Assembly (NCBI GenBank): GCA_045837725.1
Contig: JBEWZL010000115.1
Span: 124,001 to 175,458, forward strand
DNA length: 51,458 nt
Source: Vermamoeba vermiformis
Taxonomy: Eukaryota
Reading direction: 5' to 3'
Shown here: positions 47,518 to 51,458 of the stretch, piece after piece
Position numbering within the stretch: position 1 is the stretch's first letter
Layout of the letters: the number at the start of each line of letters is the position of its first letter
Program-made: the position numbers and the translations under genes
Notes under the pieces: model-generated
The model's input: only the letters and a program-made list of their open reading frames with translations
Database searches by the model: none
Told to the model about the DNA's origin: nothing

Positions 47518-50500
47518 AAATAAACCCACCATGCATGCTGTTCCCTTTTCGCACGACTCCCCACTTCACATCCAAGTCCGCATCGGCGACAAACGGATCC
47601 AAACTCTTGTCGATTCAGGAGCGGAAAGGAATATTATGCATGAAAAATTAGCACGCAGGCTAGGCCTCCAAATTAAAGATGAACCAGTCTTTCTACTCGG
47701 AGCCGAAAATAGCCCAATCCAGACTGTCGGATCCACGATAGCAACTATTCAAATGGCCAGTCAACTACAGTACGATGTTAAATTCGTCGTATCCAACAAC
47801 ATATCACAACTGCTCATCCTTGGATCTCCGTTCCTCAATCTCGTCGCGCCACAGATCGACTACAAGACGCACAACCTTTGGTTCGAAGACCCTAGCTTCA
47901 AGCAAGTTTTCTTCCCGCCTAGCATCTCGAAGCAGGTCAAGGTCAGGACCCCGTACGACTTGGTGATTCCAGCAAGATCGGAAGTGGTGCTGCCGATCCC
48001 GGTCAAGGCAATGGACTGCTCCGCTCTGGTTGAACCAACACGCACCTTCAACCTCAGGTACGGCCTCCTGATGGGGCGAGCAGTCAACTCGATCACCAAT
48101 GGTAATGTACTCTTGAAATTCGTCAACGACAACAATAATGACGTTATTATTCCACGCGGTGAACGTATCTGCCGCTTGTGCCCATTCGAAAAAGTCATGG
48201 CCATCAATACCCACATCGACTCAACGCAGCACAACATCCCTGAAAACTACTTAGCTGGTTTTGAGCTGGATCAGGCCGAGATCACAGATCAAGAACGGCG
48301 ACAAGTAGAGCAATTGCTGCGCAAGTACTATCCCGTATTTGCCGATCGACTGGGCAATACTAGCATCATCCAACATCGCATTGAACTCACAGAGAACAAA
48401 ATTATTAAGAAGAACCCGTACACTATACCACGCGCCTACTACGACAACGTGAAGCAACAACTAGAGGACCTCGTCAAACAGAATATTATCACCCCTTCAA
48501 GGTCGTCTTACAGTTCGCCTATTGTGGTCGTGAAGAAAAAGGATGGCTCGCTCCGCATCTGCAACGATTTTAGGGAGCTCAATTCGGTAACTAAAAAGGA
48601 TGTTTATCCATTACCGAAAATAGACACAATATTGAGTGTACTTTCAGGATATTTATACCTGTCCACTCTCGATGCGCGTAGCGGATTCCTTCAAGTTCCG
48701 ATCCACCCCGATGATCGACACTTGACAGCCTTCACAACTCCGTTTGGGTTCTACGAGTATACTAGGATGCCTTTCGGATTGTGCAATGCTCCTGCGACCT
48801 TCCAAAGGATGATGGACCTTATTCTTTCTGGTCTAACATGGGAGGCTTGCCTCGTCTATATGGATGACATTATAGTCTTTGGACGAACCTTCGAAGAGCA
48901 CCTACATAATCTGGAGCTCGTCCTAGCTGCCCTGCAAGCTGCTGACATCACTATTAAGCCATCGAAGTGCAAGCTGTTCCGCAAGAAGATCGCCTTCCTT
49001 GGTCACGTCGTCTCTGCCGCCGGTATCGAAACAGACCCAGAGAAGATCAAGAGAGTCACGGAGATGCCAGCGCCCACTAATACGGAGCAGCTCCGTAGCT
49101 TCACAGGTCTGACAGGATACTACCGCAAATTTATCGCTAACTATGCCCACATATGTGAACCTCTCAATCGCCTGCTGCGCAAAGGAGAGCCTTGGGTGTG
49201 GTCAGATGAACAGCAACGCGCATTTGACACCCTTAAGGAGAAGCTTACGACTGCGCCAATCCTCGCGTTCCCCGACTTCAAGTCAAGCTTCACTCTGTAC
49301 ACTGACGCGTCCAACAGTGGTCTCGGTGCCGTCCTAGCGCAGTCTCAGAACGGGAATGAGGTCGCGATAAGCTATTGGTCACGTACCCTCAATAAGGCTG
49401 AGCGCAACTACTCCACAACAGAGAAAGAGTGCCTGGCCGTAGTGGATGCAATTCGACACTTCCGTTACTATCTTCTTGGAACCAAATTCACTGTCGTTGT
49501 GGACCACCATAGCCTCAAGTGGTTGAAAACAGTGAAAGACAACTCTCAGAGATTGATGCGCTGGAGCCTCACACTTCAAGAGTACGACTTTGACATCGTG
49601 TATCGCTCTGGAAAGAAGCACTCAAATGCAGATGCCTTGTCGCGCCTATTCAACATCAGCGAGGTCAAGCTCAACAATATACTCGACGAACAAGAAGAAG
49701 ATCCGACTCTGAAAGCCTACCGTGACTACCTCAAAGATGGCAGCCTACCAAGCGACCAATCCCTTGCTCATAATGTTCGCAACGCCTGCAAGGACATGAT
49801 TATTCAAAGCGATAATCTACTCTATCGCATCTGGCAAGCAGATCCTAAGTCGCATCCGCGATATCAGTTAGTGGTTCCTACTAAATTAAGGCCTTACATC
49901 TTAGAGCAATACCACGACACTGCATTCGCTGGTCACTTGGGGTTCTTCAAGACCTACGAGAAGATTCGCGAAAGATTCTATTGGGAAAGAATGGCAAACG
50001 ACGTTGCGCGCTGGATCGAGAGTTGCGAAGCCTGTTCACGTCGCAAGAAGAAGCACCTCAAAGGACTAATCAAGAATGTAGAGGCTAAAGCTCCGTTTGA
50101 CACAATTGCAATGGACATCCTTGGACCATTTCACGAGAGCCGCCAAGGAAATCGCTACATCATCGTCATCATCGATTACTTCACCAAATGGGTAGAGTGC
50201 TTCGCATTACCCACGCAATCGACTGCAGACATCGCCGTGAAACTCGTCGAAGAAGTGATCTGCCGTCACGGATCTCCAAAACGAATCTTGACTGACCAAG
50301 GAACGAACCTAGATGGTGCTCAACTTGCAAAAGACATTTACAAATTGCTTAGAACAAAGAAGATTCGCACGTCAGCATATCACCCACAAACTGACGGACT
50401 AGCGGAAAAATTCAATCACACTTTGGCGTCAATGCTGACTCACTACGTCAATGAGCATCAAGATGATTGGGACGAGCACTTAAATTACGTCCTCTTCGCT

Positions 50501-51289
50501 TACAGAACCGCTGTTCATGAATCGACCAAATTCTCGCCATTCTACCTGCTCTACGGACGACATCCGCGACTGCCTATGGACCCCGACCTTGTAGACCCAG
50601 ACGATGTTAGTGCAGAGTCCTACCACGAACACGCCCAACAAATGATCGACAAATTCAACGCTGCGTATGATCAGGTGCATAAGAACGTTCGCAAGGCTCG
50701 CAAACGTCAAAAGAAAAATACGGATAAAACGAAGAAGCAGCCTAAAATAGACAACGATGATCAAGTGTGGTTAGACGTTGGCCAAATCGCCCCTGGAACC
50801 ACAGCTAAGTTGTCATACCTTAATAACGGTCCTTATAATATCGAAAAAGTTAACAATAATAATACCGTCGATATCGTTCACGCAGAAAATACAGCAGATA
50901 AACATAAGGTCAATATTAGCCGCCTCCGCAAGCAGAAGAAACGGGACGAAGACTTGAAGATTCAGCCGCTGCCTTCCATCGACAGCACCCCGGAAACTGA
51001 AGTCACGCCTACAACGAAAACCACCGCCGTTGTGAGAGCCAGCCTGGAAATGCCCGCCGAACTTTCAGAAACACTTCAACAGATCCGCAGAATCATCGCC
51101 CGACCTGGTTTCAACAAAGTTGCCGCCCAGAAGAAAGTCCTGCAAAGCCTACTTGGTGTCAGCTCCCAGTTCTTCACCGACACGAAGCGCAAGGAGAAGT
51201 TTGCCGAAGAAATTTCAGCTGCCAGATCCGCTGACGATCTCGTCAAGCTCATCGACAGAGCATTGGACGAGTCAGGAGACTCTTCTTAA
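47459..51289 (+). CDS. pol: Pol polyprotein (protease, dUTPase-like linker, RT, RNase H, integrase), likely made as a Gag-Pol fusion
   Basis: LVDSGA (PR); LDARSGFLQ, MPFGLCNAPATFQR and YMDD (RT); TDAS...ECLAVV...DH...ADALSR (RH); H..GHLG...CEAC zinc finger, DILGP...DQG...AEKFN core and GPY motif (IN). No internal stops. Confidence 0.97.
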   Translation, partial: KLDVGDSVGSADSPRPVEPQNKPTMHAVPFSHDSPLHIQVRIGDKRIQTLVDSGAERNIMHEKLARRLGLQIKDEPVFLLGAENSPIQTVGSTIATIQMASQLQYDVKFVVSNNISQLLILGSPFLNLVAPQIDYKTHNLWFEDPSFKQVFFPPSISKQVKVRTPYDLVIPARSEVVLPIPVKAMDCSALVEPTRTFNLRYGLLMGRAVNSITNGNVLLKFVNDNNNDVIIPRGERICRLCPFEKVMAINTHIDSTQHNIPENYLAGFELDQAEITDQERRQVEQLLRKYYPVFADRLGNTSIIQHRIELTENKIIKKNPYTIPRAYYDNVKQQLEDLVKQNIITPSRSSYSSPIVVVKKKDGSLRICNDFRELNSVTKKDVYPLPKIDTILSVLSGYLYLSTLDARSGFLQVPIHPDDRHLTAFTTPFGFYEYTRMPFGLCNAPATFQRMMDLILSGLTWEACLVYMDDIIVFGRTFEEHLHNLELVLAALQAADITIKPSKCKLFRKKIAFLGHVVSAAGIETDPEKIKRVTEMPAPTNTEQLRSFTGLTGYYRKFIANYAHICEPLNRLLRKGEPWVWSDEQQRAFDTLKEKLTTAPILAFPDFKSSFTLYTDASNSGLGAVLAQSQNGNEVAISYWSRTLNKAERNYSTTEKECLAVVDAIRHFRYYLLGTKFTVVVDHHSLKWLKTVKDNSQRLMRWSLTLQEYDFDIVYRSGKKHSNADALSRLFNISEVKLNNILDEQEEDPTLKAYRDYLKDGSLPSDQSLAHNVRNACKDMIIQSDNLLYRIWQADPKSHPRYQLVVPTKLRPYILEQYHDTAFAGHLGFFKTYEKIRERFYWERMANDVARWIESCEACSRRKKKHLKGLIKNVEAKAPFDTIAMDILGPFHESRQGNRYIIVIIDYFTKWVECFALPTQSTADIAVKLVEEVICRHGSPKRILTDQGTNLDGAQLAKDIYKLLRTKKIRTSAYHPQTDGLAEKFNHTLASMLTHYVNEHQDDWDEHLNYVLFAYRTAVHESTKFSPFYLLYGRHPRLPMDPDLVDPDDVSAESYHEHAQQMIDKFNAAYDQVHKNVRKARKRQKKNTDKTKKQPKIDNDDQVWLDVGQIAPGTTAKLSYLNNGPYNIEKVNNNNTVDIVHAENTADKHKVNISRLRKQKKRDEDLKIQPLPSIDSTPETEVTPTTKTTAVVRASLEMPAELSETLQQIRRIIARPGFNKVAAQKKVLQSLLGVSSQFFTDTKRKEKFAEEISAARSADDLVKLIDRALDESGDSS

Positions 51290-51306
51290 AAAGAAGGGGG
51301 ATGGAA
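51288..51306 (+). other. Polypurine tract
   Basis: AAAAAGAAGGGGGATGGAA immediately before the TG of the 3' LTR, overlapping the pol stop codon. Confidence 0.9.
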
Positions 51307-51458
51307 TGTAACAGAACGGTTTACAATTTATTGAAATTTCTTGAAGAAAGTTTGACCGAGTCACGCGACTCGCGAACAAGAAACAACGCCAACTGTAATC
51401 TTAGTCGTCTTTTATTCTTTTATTAATAAACAACTTTATTCTTCTCTTATTTTGTTAC
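51307..51458 (+). repeat. 3' LTR (~153 bp; last base cut off by the window edge)
   Basis: Direct repeat of 44903-44918 plus 46035-46170. Confidence 0.97.

Larger units (their letters stand above)
44903..51458 (+). mobile_element. Full-length Ty3/Gypsy LTR retrotransposon (~5.44 kb excluding the nested insertion)
   Basis: TG...CA LTRs, PBS, gag, pol in PR-RT-RH-IN order, PPT. The window ends 1 nt before the expected last base of the 3' LTR. Confidence 0.97.

Noticed and set aside
51050-51306. env-like third ORF or chromodomain
   Set aside because: The pol stop abuts the PPT, leaving no room for env, and the tail lacks chromodomain motifs.

Overview
Gene-dense, intron-rich eukaryotic DNA in the standard code. 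Introns are mostly ~45-60 nt with GTAAGT/GTACGT/GTATGT donors and CTAAC-like branch points, and intergenic gaps are tiny. The gene set and a divergent alpha-tubulin suggest a free-living protist, probably an amoeba (inference). I read 24 spliced protein-coding genes across 1-44344. In order: a BK/Slo K+ channel 3' end, Ubc6, a Clu-domain protein, Alba, HACD/Phs1, ZNHIT3, DAD1, a KEN-box orphan, a BOD1/Shg1-like protein, a TMX/PDI-like protein, an F-box/LRR protein, an EGF-7TM protein, a Borealin-like protein, uL23m, a C1orf109/CINP-like protein, an F-box protein, alpha-tubulin, an ASCH protein, isopentenyl phosphate kinase, a CCR4/PDE12-type EEP nuclease, a VPS10 receptor, a large C2-like/ARM/SPRY/split-TLDc/UBZ protein and a Cys-rich surface protein. 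The last 6.5 kb is an intact, very young Ty3/Gypsy LTR retrotransposon. It has identical ~153-bp LTRs, a non-iMet PBS, a -1 frameshift signal with a pseudoknot, a degenerate dUTPase-like domain between PR and RT, and an unassigned helical integrase tail. Its 5' LTR is split by a 1112-bp non-coding DNA transposon with 37-bp TIRs, ATCG...CGAT ends, a 4-bp GTTT target duplication and internal repeated motifs. Gene boundaries were assembled by eye and no database searches were run.
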